DNA from: Gammaproteobacteria bacterium
GTDB taxonomy: Bacteria > Pseudomonadota > Gammaproteobacteria > Steroidobacterales > Foliamicaceae
Length of the DNA stretch: 64,000 nucleotides
Assembly (NCBI GenBank): GCA_965213995.1
Contig: OZ243929.1
Coordinates: 385,807-449,806 of the forward strand
Direction of reading: 5' to 3'
The position numbers were made by a program, and so were the translations under genes. Each line of letters opens with the position of its first letter. Positions within the stretch are counted from its first letter, which is position 1. The notes under the pieces are model-generated. The model was not told where the DNA came from. It saw only the letters and a program-made list of their open reading frames with translations, and did no database searches. Positions 35,801-43,866 of this stretch are shown piece by piece.

Positions 35801-38214
35801 TCCTGTGCCTGCAACTCCGCATGGCGGGCCAAACGAAATCCTACATCGACCCGTTCCTCGGCACCGAAATCCCGGAACGCCCAGCGCAATTCGCGCAGAG
35901 TGCCATGCAGCCAGCTTGAGCCCCGTATCACCTTGAAGCGTCCTTCCTGCGGCCCCTGCGGATCGATCTCCACGCCGGGGTAGAGCGTATCCGCGCTGTA
36001 GTAATCACCCATCCACTCGGCCGCGTTGCCGCTAAGATCGTGGAATCCGAGCGGATTGGCCGGAAAGCTGCCCACCGGCGCGGTAAAAGCGAAATTGTCG
36101 TTGTAGCTCGCGAGCACGTTGCTTACCAGAGCGCTGGCCGACTGATCGGCGTAGTTGCCGGCGCGCGATGGCGGCGGCATCCGCTCGCCCCAAGGGTACC
36201 GCGAGCTGCCGCCGCCCTGGTAGCGCGCCGCCCAAACCCATTCGGCCTCGCTGGGCAGCCGATATCCTGCGCCCGGCTCGGCCACCGGAACCAGCCGGCC
36301 GGCTCGACTCTGGTACTGAAGCGGCAAACCCTCCTGCGAGCTTAGCCAGTTGCAGAAAGCGGCCGCTGCCTGCCAATCCATATTCACCGCAGGGCTGGAC
36401 TCGTTGGCCAGCGCGCGAAAACGCTCCGCGCCCGAGGTATGAGTGGGCGCAAAGGCCTTGAATTCGCGGTTCGTCACTTCCTTCACGCCCAAGTAATAGC
36501 GCTTGGTGATCCGCACCTTGCGGAGCACCTCATTGCTTCGCCAGCCCTGCGAGCCGCGCTGCGCGCCCATCTCGAATTCGCCCGGAAACAGCATCACCAT
36601 TCTGGCCCCCTGCGAGGTTTCGATTTCCTTGGGTTGCTGCGCCAGCCTATGCTCCTGCGGCGTGAGCAGCTCGACAGCCACTTCCTGCGGATAGGCGGGT
36701 TGAGGCACCACCTTGCGCTGCTGGGCCACGTAGCCTTCCCGCCGAAATTCGAGTTCGTGCTCGGTGGCCGGCAGTTGCAGCTCGATGGGAGCATGTCCCG
36801 CCAGCTCGCCGTTCACCAGCACCGCCGCCCCCTCAGGCCGACTCAGCGCCCGAATGGCTCCCAAGCGCGGCTCAAGGCGGATATTGAGCGTTTGCTCAGC
36901 GCCCCGCGCCAGCGTAACGAGGCGTTCCTGCGACTCATAGCCTGCGCGCGCCGCCACCACCCGGTGGGCGCGGTCCGGAACCACTTCCACAGTGGCAGGC
37001 GTGCCGCCGCGAAAGTCGCCGTTCACGGTGATGCTGGCGCCAGGAGGATCGGTGAGCACCCGAAGAACGCCCGCTGCGGGCTGGAGGCGCACGGTGGGCA
37101 GCACTTGCGGCGAACCGGCCACTACAGCCAACTCTTCGCGGTGTGTTGCGTACCCCGGCCGGGAAAAAGCCAGCACACGCTGGCCGGACAGCAATTCCAC
37201 AGTGGCGGGCGTGGTTCCCAGCAGCCTATTCCCCGAGCGAAGCTCGGCGCCGGCGGGCTCGCTGCTCACAGTGATCGCCGCCCAGTCCGGTTCCAGTTGC
37301 GCCGCGAAGATCTCCCGTTCGCCGCCGCCACCCACGGTTAGCGGAATATCCAGGTTCTTGTAGCGGGGCGCGCTGATGGACAGCGCCCAGGTTCCGGGCT
37401 CCAGCGCGATTTCCTCGCCGGACGCGAAAACGCCTTCCACTCCCCCCACCCGGATTTCCGCGCCGTCCACGCTATCCACGACCACAAGCCCGGGCAGAAG
37501 CCGCAAATCAAAGCGAAACGCCTCGTCTCCGCCGCCAAGCACTTCGATTCGCTCGTCGAGCGGATGATGCCGCGCGAGCTCTGCCCGCACCCGGTATTCG
37601 CCTTTCCAAAGCAGATAGCGCGGCCCTATGTGCGGGGCAACCAGCGCCCCGTCAACTTCAACGCTGGCTTCCGGCGGCGACACCTCGATCAGAACGCCTT
37701 CGGCGGTAAACACGAAGATGGCGCTCGCCGCAAGGAGCGCGAGGGCCAGCCCCGCCGCCATGCGCAGCCACAGACCGCCCTTGCGCGATCGCGCAGGCCG
37801 GACGCTGGCGGCGGGCCTTTGAACGCGGATCGATTCGCCCGATTCGATATCGCCGGCCAGCTCCGGCGGACGGGTATCCCAAGCCCGCGCCAAGTACCGC
37901 GCGCTCAGCCGCATCGCCTGCGGAGAAACCGAGTCAACCGTCACTTCCGCCCCGGCGATGGACAAACGGTCGCCCTCGCCGAGCCAGCGGGCGCCGCTCA
38001 CGGCCTGTCCGTTCAATTGCAGGCCGGAAACGCCCGCATAGCACTGCACCAGCGCCCGGCCGTCGAGAACATTGATGCTGGCCGCCGGAGGCGCGGAGGG
38101 CGGGCCGGGCAAGCGGATATGCGAACCCGCGCCGCTGCCGAGAAGAACGGGCAAATCACCCGCCCGAAGAACGCGCTCGCCTTCCGGCAGCCCGAGAATC
38201 ACTTCAGCCGTCAT
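35797..38214 (-). CDS. Degenerate FHA-like N-domain + TM + five PEGA repeats + C-terminal FGE/SUMF1-type (formylglycine-generating-enzyme-like) domain
   Basis: N-terminus ..LLGSGAGSHIRLPG...LQLNGQAV...GDRLSIAGAEVTV. TM GLWLRMAAGLALALLAASAIFVF. PEGA-type repeats (SSEPAGAELRSGNRLLGTTP..., TDPPGASITVNGDFRGGTP..., SRPEGAAVLVNGELAGHAP...). FGE block (GEFEMGAQRG...YYLGVKEVTNREFKAF...YRLPSEAEWVWAAR...HDLSGNAAEWMGDYY...VIRGSSW...GFRLAR). Confidence 0.85.
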   Translation of the reverse strand: MTAEVILGLPEGERVLRAGDLPVLLGSGAGSHIRLPGPPSAPPAASINVLDGRALVQCYAGVSGLQLNGQAVSGARWLGEGDRLSIAGAEVTVDSVSPQAMRLSARYLARAWDTRPPELAGDIESGESIRVQRPAASVRPARSRKGGLWLRMAAGLALALLAASAIFVFTAEGVLIEVSPPEASVEVDGALVAPHIGPRYLLWKGEYRVRAELARHHPLDERIEVLGGGDEAFRFDLRLLPGLVVVDSVDGAEIRVGGVEGVFASGEEIALEPGTWALSISAPRYKNLDIPLTVGGGGEREIFAAQLEPDWAAITVSSEPAGAELRSGNRLLGTTPATVELLSGQRVLAFSRPGYATHREELAVVAGSPQVLPTVRLQPAAGVLRVLTDPPGASITVNGDFRGGTPATVEVVPDRAHRVVAARAGYESQERLVTLARGAEQTLNIRLEPRLGAIRALSRPEGAAVLVNGELAGHAPIELQLPATEHELEFRREGYVAQQRKVVPQPAYPQEVAVELLTPQEHRLAQQPKEIETSQGARMVMLFPGEFEMGAQRGSQGWRSNEVLRKVRITKRYYLGVKEVTNREFKAFAPTHTSGAERFRALANESSPAVNMDWQAAAAFCNWLSSQEGLPLQYQSRAGRLVPVAEPGAGYRLPSEAEWVWAARYQGGGSSRYPWGERMPPPSRAGNYADQSASALVSNVLASYNDNFAFTAPVGSFPANPLGFHDLSGNAAEWMGDYYSADTLYPGVEIDPQGPQEGRFKVIRGSSWLHGTLRELRWAFRDFGAEERVDVGFRLARHAELQAQE

Positions 38215-38255
38215 GCTGCGGCCTCAACCGGCCATCGTGCAGAAGAAGCCGGTCA

Positions 38256-40595
38256 TCAAACCGGTTCGGTGCAGATCAGCACCAAAGGCTCGGGAAGCCC
38301 CTCGGGCGCAACGACAAACTCGCGGCGCACATCGCGATAGCCATTGCGTGTGCCCACGGCCGTATAGGCGCCGGGCCGGAGCTGAAGGACGCGGTTGTCA
38401 AAGCTCCCCAGGCGACCGACGTGATAAATGGTGACCTCGGTGAGGCCATCGGAGCGCAGCCGCACCGGAGCCGGCGTGGCGGCCACCCGCAGGGTCTGGT
38501 CCAGCCGCTCAATCTGACCGCTCAGCCGCGGCCCCGGAGCCGCAATGCCGGCCGCCTCGTCGAGCAGGCTTCGGCCCTGCTGCCAGGCATCGTCGCGATT
38601 CAGCCTGCGGCTGTTGGCAATAGTGCTTTCCAGATCGTCATCGAGGCCCGCCCGCCGCTGCGCCTCAGCCAGCCCCCGTTGCGCGGCGACGATATTTGAA
38701 TCGATCTCCAGCATTGCGCGGTAGCTGTCCGCAGCCTTGCGCCAATCTTCCGAAAACTTGCCGGCCATCGCCGCCGCCTGCAATTGGGCTAGGCGCTGGC
38801 CGCGTTCCTCCAGCTCCAGCGCCGCCAGCGCCTCGGCTGGCGCCGGATCGCCGGGGCGCTGTTTCAGCGCCGCCTCGAAAGCGGTGCGGGCAACCGCCAC
38901 GTCCCCCTCCGCCAGGGCCGCATGGCCGCGCGACATGCGCGAGACAAAAAGACGTCGTTCGATAGCGGCATTCACCTCAGCCAGCGCTGAGCGCGCCGAA
39001 TTGCGCCCAGGATCAATATCCAGCACGGCGCGCCAGGCGGCGCGCTGCTCCTCAAGGCCGCCTTCCCGCCTAGCGGCCCGGGCTGCGGCCACCGCTTGCA
39101 TGATTTCGGGAAGCCTGGCGGCCCGGCCGTACGCCGATTGGACCTCGGGATCGGTTTCCCCCAGCAGTATGCGGGCCTTCTCAAGCTCCGCCATTGCGCC
39201 AGCCTGGTCGCCCGACTCGATCGCCTCCAACGCTGCCTCCAGGGCGTTGCGGCCGATCTCCGGCGCCTGCCCGCGCAGTTCGCGCAGCATGCCACCTGCC
39301 TTGCCGTATGCGACTCGCGCCTGCGGATACTCGCGCCGCCGATAGGCATCGTCGCCCTTTTGCTCCTCCTCGAGCGCCCGCTCCCAGAGTCCGCCCGACC
39401 ACAGCGACGGCTGCAGCGAGGCCAAGTAGTTGCGATCCTGCAGCATTCCGCCCATCGCCTCGTCGGCCGCGTCCCGTTGCATCCGCATCAGTTGCATGTC
39501 CTGGCGAGGCGCCTCCTCCGGCTCCCGAACAATGCGCTCGACAACCGGCCGATTCTCCGCGCGCTCCTCAACCATTCGAGGCAAAACCAGGAACAATACC
39601 GCTGCGGCAACCAGCAGCAGGCCGCCTAGCGCATACGCCAGCCAGACCGGAACCCCCGCGCGCCTCTGTAGCGCGGGCGACGGCGAACGGTCAGCGGCGC
39701 GCGCGCGCGCCACAATCGCAGATGCTTGGGCCGACCCTTCCTCCGCTGCGGATTCCGTCAGGATTTCCTCAAAACCAACCCTTGCCGCCTGCGCCGTTAC
39801 AGGCCTGCGCGCCTTGTCATGCGACAGCATCGCCGCCACGAGTTCCACCAAAGCCTCCGGAAGCGGCGGCAGCCCCTCGGGCGCCGCAGGTCCAGCGGGC
39901 GGCCCGGCGCGAATGCGCTCCTCGCTAATATCCGGCGCATGGGGCGGAAAACCGCACAGCAACTCGTAGGCAACGCAGCCCAGCGCATAGATATCGTCGC
40001 TGGCTTGGGCAGGTTCGCCCGCGCACTGCTGCGGGCTCATGTAGGCCAGCGAACCGCCCTCTCGCCGGATACGCCCGTCCGGCTCGGCATCTGCCAGCCG
40101 GGCGGCGCCGAAATCGGTGAGCCGGGCAGCGCCGGACTCGTCCAGCAGGATATTCCGCGGTTTGAGATCGCCATGGATCACTCCCTTGCGATGCGCGTAC
40201 GCCAGCGCGTCGCAAACCGGCAGAAGCCGCCGCAGGCTTTCGCTCCATGGCTTGCACGGCGATTCGCCGATAGAGCCCCCCGAAAAGGCGGGCATGGTCA
40301 GGAAGTGGCAGCCATCTTCCGAGTGAAATTCAATCGGGCGGGCGATGCCCGGATGAACCAGGGACTGCGCCAGGTCAAATTCGCGGCGGAAGCGATCGAG
40401 CAAAGCCGGATGCCGGGCATGGTCATCGGCGAGCACCTTCACCGCCAACTGCGCGCCTGCGGCTGCATCCTCGGCAAGCCAAACCTCGCTCGACCCGCCG
40501 GCGCCCAGCTTGCGAACCAGACGGTAGCGCGATGCCAGCAGTTCTCCTTGTTTTCGGTTCGTCATGGCGGGAGGAGCCGCAAGAAGGGAGGGCAT
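38256..40595 (-). CDS. Hanks-type Ser/Thr protein kinase + TM + TPR-like periplasmic region + C-terminal PEGA-like module
   Basis: LGAGGSSEVW (Gly loop), LAVKVL (VAIK), HGDLKPRNILL (catalytic loop, HGD i.e. non-RD), DFGAA, YMSPQQ. TM VWLAYALGGLLLVAAAVLFLVL. The tail LRPGAYTAVGTRNGYRDVRREFVV is PEGA-like. Confidence 0.9.
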   Translation of the reverse strand: MPSLLAAPPAMTNRKQGELLASRYRLVRKLGAGGSSEVWLAEDAAAGAQLAVKVLADDHARHPALLDRFRREFDLAQSLVHPGIARPIEFHSEDGCHFLTMPAFSGGSIGESPCKPWSESLRRLLPVCDALAYAHRKGVIHGDLKPRNILLDESGAARLTDFGAARLADAEPDGRIRREGGSLAYMSPQQCAGEPAQASDDIYALGCVAYELLCGFPPHAPDISEERIRAGPPAGPAAPEGLPPLPEALVELVAAMLSHDKARRPVTAQAARVGFEEILTESAAEEGSAQASAIVARARAADRSPSPALQRRAGVPVWLAYALGGLLLVAAAVLFLVLPRMVEERAENRPVVERIVREPEEAPRQDMQLMRMQRDAADEAMGGMLQDRNYLASLQPSLWSGGLWERALEEEQKGDDAYRRREYPQARVAYGKAGGMLRELRGQAPEIGRNALEAALEAIESGDQAGAMAELEKARILLGETDPEVQSAYGRAARLPEIMQAVAAARAARREGGLEEQRAAWRAVLDIDPGRNSARSALAEVNAAIERRLFVSRMSRGHAALAEGDVAVARTAFEAALKQRPGDPAPAEALAALELEERGQRLAQLQAAAMAGKFSEDWRKAADSYRAMLEIDSNIVAAQRGLAEAQRRAGLDDDLESTIANSRRLNRDDAWQQGRSLLDEAAGIAAPGPRLSGQIERLDQTLRVAATPAPVRLRSDGLTEVTIYHVGRLGSFDNRVLQLRPGAYTAVGTRNGYRDVRREFVVAPEGLPEPLVLICTEPV

Positions 40596-40640
40596 CCTGC
40601 GCCTGCTAAAGGCTCAATGAGGGCTTGATGTCCCCGTTCG

Positions 40641-41846
40641 CTATTGCTCCCCAAGGCCCGGCATGTCCAAGGCGCCGGTCTCGCGGCTGTAGATTTCCTG
40701 CAAAAGACGGCGCCATTCACGAAACCGCTCCTCGGCGGACCCGGTCAACCGCCGGGTCTGGCCTTCCAGCTCCACCACCACCGGCTCGGCTTCGGACTCG
40801 AACGACTCGCCCGCCTCGCGCAGCGCCTCGGCATGCAACCGGGCTTCCTCCCGGCGGCTCAGGCCGCTCTGGATCCCCATAAAGCCGCCCTGAACGGCAG
40901 TGGTCGTTACACCCATGTTGTCGCCGCCACTGGCCTCGTAGGCAATGGCGCCCAGTATGCTGAGCACCCCCAGCAACATGCGCGTATTGGCCGACCGGCG
41001 CATTTCCTCGTAGCTCATGCGGCCTTCACGGGCCATGCGCCGCCAGTCTGTATAGGTTTGATCCAGGCCGTGGTAAAGGTTGGCGTAGTGCTCGTTGACG
41101 GCATCGATCAGCGCGTATTCCCGCTCCCGAACCTTGCGCATCCGGGCGACCATGGGTTCGCTGGACGCTGGCAGGCGCTTGACTTGGTAGCGCCCGTCCC
41201 CATCCTGCTCCAAGTAACCCTCGAAAGCCTGCGGGACTAGGCTGAGGCCGTAGCGCAAATCGCTCACATCGCGAATTCGCTGCAGCTCGCGATCGCTGAG
41301 TTGAGCCCGGGCCTTGAGAAGATCATTCGCGATCTCGTTATAGATTTTCTGATACGGATCCTGGCCAGGTCCGGTATTGCGGACATAAGCTTGTTCGGCC
41401 ACCTCCATCTCGTACTTTTTCTCGAACCACTCGCGGCCGGAAGCGTCCCAGGCGCCCACGCGCAGTTTCGCGCTATAGCCGTCGGAATGGTCGATCCGCG
41501 CGGCGATATGAATATCCGTAACGGGACTGAAATCGGGCAGCACGCTGACGGCGCCCCAGAATCCGGTGGATTCCAGCGTATTCTTGAGGTGATAGGGCAT
41601 GTAGCGCGCTTCCGCGCGGCGGATCTCCGGAAAGATGAACCGGTTGTTGAGTTCCTGCTCGCCGACATCATCGGGCACTCCCGCGTCAAAAACCAGAATG
41701 CCCACGCTCAGCAGCTGCTCCTGCGCGATATCGGTTTCCGTCCGTGCCAGAGGCACCTCGATATACTGCACCTCGCGCGACGATGTGCATGCCGCCAGCA
41801 TGGCCGCGCAGGCCAGCATGCCGAAAAATGCGTTGGTTTTTTTCAC
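40641..41846 (-). CDS. Lipoprotein of unknown function (401 aa)
   Basis: GTG start at 41846 overlaps the upstream stop (GTGA) and is preceded by GGGAG. Lipobox AMLAAC. No family recognised. A hydrophobic/Gly-rich C-terminal segment is present (LLGVLSILGAIAYEASGG). Confidence 0.65.
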   Translation of the reverse strand: MKKTNAFFGMLACAAMLAACTSSREVQYIEVPLARTETDIAQEQLLSVGILVFDAGVPDDVGEQELNNRFIFPEIRRAEARYMPYHLKNTLESTGFWGAVSVLPDFSPVTDIHIAARIDHSDGYSAKLRVGAWDASGREWFEKKYEMEVAEQAYVRNTGPGQDPYQKIYNEIANDLLKARAQLSDRELQRIRDVSDLRYGLSLVPQAFEGYLEQDGDGRYQVKRLPASSEPMVARMRKVREREYALIDAVNEHYANLYHGLDQTYTDWRRMAREGRMSYEEMRRSANTRMLLGVLSILGAIAYEASGGDNMGVTTTAVQGGFMGIQSGLSRREEARLHAEALREAGESFESEAEPVVVELEGQTRRLTGSAEERFREWRRLLQEIYSRETGALDMPGLGEQ

Positions 41847-42874
41847 TTTGCTCCCAGCCCCATGTGCTTGCGGTACTCCTCCCACAAGGCTTCGCGTATG
41901 CGCGAATCCTCTTCCTGCTCCGCCGCTTCGCGGATCTGCCGCGCCACTTGGTCCTCGCTGCCGGCGGCTTTGGCGATATCCTCGGGAATCTCGACCTTCG
42001 GCTCCGACCGGGCATCCGCTGCGCCGCCTCTGCCGCCGCCCTCCTGCGGACCGCCGCCGCTTTCGCCGCCGCCGTCACCTGCTGGCTTGCCGTCCGTGCG
42101 GGCATTGCCGGAACTCCGGCCGCCGCCGCTCTCGCCGCCGGAGGCATTCGGAATCGTGACCATCGGCCCGCCTGCGCCGCCAGCGCCACCCATCATGCCG
42201 CCCATGCCGCCGGAGCCGCTGGCGGCGCCCTGTCCGGACGCAGCCATGGCGCCGCGCTCACGAGCAATTTCGCGGTCGTAGCCTTCCATGGATTCACGCA
42301 ATACGCCTTCGAGGTCGCCTTGCCCGCCGGCTCCGCGCTCCCTGCCTGATCCGCCTCTCTGAGCGGCGGAACCGCTGGATGCGCCCCGTCCGCCGGTTGA
42401 ACCCATCGAGCCGCCCGTAGATCCCCGTGAACTGCCCGACGATCCTACCGAAACGCTGGGAGAGCCTACCCTGGCGCTCGGAGATCCCACCGAGCCGCCG
42501 GATGAACCACCCATTGAACCCGCCGAGACGCCAGGAGAGCCCACCGAGGCGCTCGGAGAACCCACCGAGCCGCCGGATGAACCGCCCATTGAACCCGCCG
42601 AAACGCTAGGGGAACCCACCGACGCGCTCGGAGAGCCCACCGAACCGCCGGACGAGCCGCCCATTGAACCCGCCGAAACGCCGGGAGAACCTGCCGACGC
42701 GCTCGGAGAGCCTGCCGAGCGACCGGAGGAACCCGGGCTTCCGCCAGCTGGCGGCATGGATACCGGAGGACCGCCCGCCGGCGAGGCAACGCCGCCTGTT
42801 GTATTGCAGCCGCCAGCAACCAGCGCTGCGGAAAGCGCCAAGGAAACACTCAGCAAACAATGGGTCGGTTTCAT
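41843..42874 (-). CDS. Gly/Ser-rich tandem-repeat lipoprotein with charged helical C-terminus
   Basis: MKPTHCLLSVSLALSAALVAGGC (probable lipobox). About 3.9 copies of a 25-aa unit (SAGSMGGSSGGSVGSPSASVGSPxV). C-terminal EDIAKAAGSEDQVARQIREAAEQEEDSRIREALWEEYRKH. The upstream extension of the track ORF is rejected. Confidence 0.65.
   Translation of the reverse strand: MKPTHCLLSVSLALSAALVAGGCNTTGGVASPAGGPPVSMPPAGGSPGSSGRSAGSPSASAGSPGVSAGSMGGSSGGSVGSPSASVGSPSVSAGSMGGSSGGSVGSPSASVGSPGVSAGSMGGSSGGSVGSPSARVGSPSVSVGSSGSSRGSTGGSMGSTGGRGASSGSAAQRGGSGRERGAGGQGDLEGVLRESMEGYDREIARERGAMAASGQGAASGSGGMGGMMGGAGGAGGPMVTIPNASGGESGGGRSSGNARTDGKPAGDGGGESGGGPQEGGGRGGAADARSEPKVEIPEDIAKAAGSEDQVARQIREAAEQEEDSRIREALWEEYRKHMGLGAK
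42450..42745. repeat. 75-bp tandem repeat, ~3.9 copies, inside the lipoprotein gene
   Basis: The landmark ccattgaacc recurs at 42511, 42586 and 42661 (period 75). The units are near-identical with scattered substitutions and keep the reading frame (25 codons). Confidence 0.9.
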
Positions 42875-42960
42875 TTCACAGTCCAGTGAGCCGCGTTGAG
42901 TAAGGATAGTATCACCTGCACACGAACGAGACGTTGGCCTATATCCATCAGATGCGCTAA

Positions 42961-43161
42961 TCAGCCTCCGCGTTGCTTTTGGTACTCCTCGTAACTCAGG
43001 CGGCCGCCGCGAACCGCCGGCGGATAGTGCCCATACCGCTCTTGCTCGCGATTCTGCCGATACCGCCGCGCCAGCCAAGCCGCTAGATTGAACAGCACAA
43101 AAGCCACCGCCAGCACGGCGCCGAAATTATCAATCACAGACCAGAACAGATCCAAGGCCAA
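42961..43161 (-). CDS. Possible small single-TM protein (66 aa), first ORF of the kinase operon
   Basis: TTG start. TM FGAVLAVAFVLFNLAAWLA, then a basic/polar tail. There is no clear RBS, and a short ORF in G+C-rich DNA could be spurious. Confidence 0.3.
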   Translation of the reverse strand: MALDLFWSVIDNFGAVLAVAFVLFNLAAWLARRYRQNREQERYGHYPPAVRGGRLSYEEYQKQRGG

Positions 43162-43265
43162 CTCGCCTCATCTTTCGCGCAAAAGCAATCGCACCGCATT
43201 TTATTTTACGCGGACAGCAGTAGTACCATCGAAGCCATGAACCCCGCTGCGCCGCGCTCCGGCTG

Positions 43266-43784
43266 ATGCGCGTCCGATACCGAAACCTGATTGCCGCCGT
43301 TTTCCTGGCAGGCGTGATCGCTGCCATTTGGCGGCTTCAGGACAGCGAGGCCAGCACCACCTTGCTTCTATTGACGGCAGCCGAGCGGCTGGCCGGGGAC
43401 TCGGCCTCGCTAAGCGCTGCCGGCCTGGCCAGGGCCGAGGCCTTGAGCCGTCTGGCGGGGGAGCTTGCGAGGCCGGAAATGCTGGCTGGCATCTTTAGCG
43501 CCGGCGGAGAGCCGGAGCGCGAAACAGTGCGCCTGCTGTCCGAACGGCTTGGGCAACCGATCAGCGATGTTCTGATCGAGGATCCGGGCGCTTTCGCGCA
43601 CGGTCTGGCGAGGCAGCACCGCGGCAAGGTCGTGGTGGTGGTGGCCCGCGCCGAACTGGCTTCCGCCTTGCTGGCCGAGTGGGACGCCGCCGCCCTGAAT
43701 CTGGAAGGACCCGCTCCCGGGCGGCTGCATCTGATCAGCCTGCCCGCATTCGGCCAACCGCGCACCCTGATGCTGAATTACTGA
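43266..43784 (+). CDS. Hypothetical membrane-anchored protein; possible catalytically dead histidine-phosphatase-fold (SixA-like) protein
   Basis: N-terminal anchor (LIAAVFLAGVIAAIW). TLLLLTAAERL / IFSAGGEPERETVRLL / KVVVVVARAELASALL line up with LWLLRHAKAE / VLCSAGRRAVETMCGV / LMVVGHNPALQELALYL of the SixA-like gene at 31015..31557, but RH reads TA and H reads A. Confidence 0.45.
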   Translation: MRVRYRNLIAAVFLAGVIAAIWRLQDSEASTTLLLLTAAERLAGDSASLSAAGLARAEALSRLAGELARPEMLAGIFSAGGEPERETVRLLSERLGQPISDVLIEDPGAFAHGLARQHRGKVVVVVARAELASALLAEWDAAALNLEGPAPGRLHLISLPAFGQPRTLMLNY

Positions 43785-43866
43785 TTGCCAGCCCGCAGCT
43801 GAAGCCTTTCCCCGCGCCCTGCGCCCCCCCGTTGGCGCAATCTGCGGGGCGGCCGCCAGCGCGGGG

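Noticed and set aside
36439-38340. 300-aa and 258-aa plus-strand ORFs (36439..37341, 37564..38340)
   Set aside because: Antisense to the well-supported FHA-like/PEGA/FGE gene; compositionally biased, with no recognisable domains.
41301-42349. Plus-strand ORFs of 326, 174 and 201 aa over the two lipoprotein genes
   Set aside because: These are shadow frames of the minus-strand lipoprotein genes. The Pro/Ala/Arg-rich translations reflect the complement of Gly/Ser codons.
42450-42745. Regularly spaced direct repeats considered as a possible CRISPR array
   Set aside because: The units are contiguous with no unique spacers. The period is 75 bp, in frame and coding (Gly/Ser-rich), and there are no cas genes in the window.
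27696-43161. Possibility that the kinase/FHA/FGE/vWA genes are the regulatory arm of a type VI secretion system
   Set aside because: No TssA-M, Hcp, VgrG, ClpV or PAAR-like product is recognisable anywhere in the 64 kb, so I treat the locus as T6SS-independent. A distant T6SS elsewhere in the genome cannot be excluded from this window.
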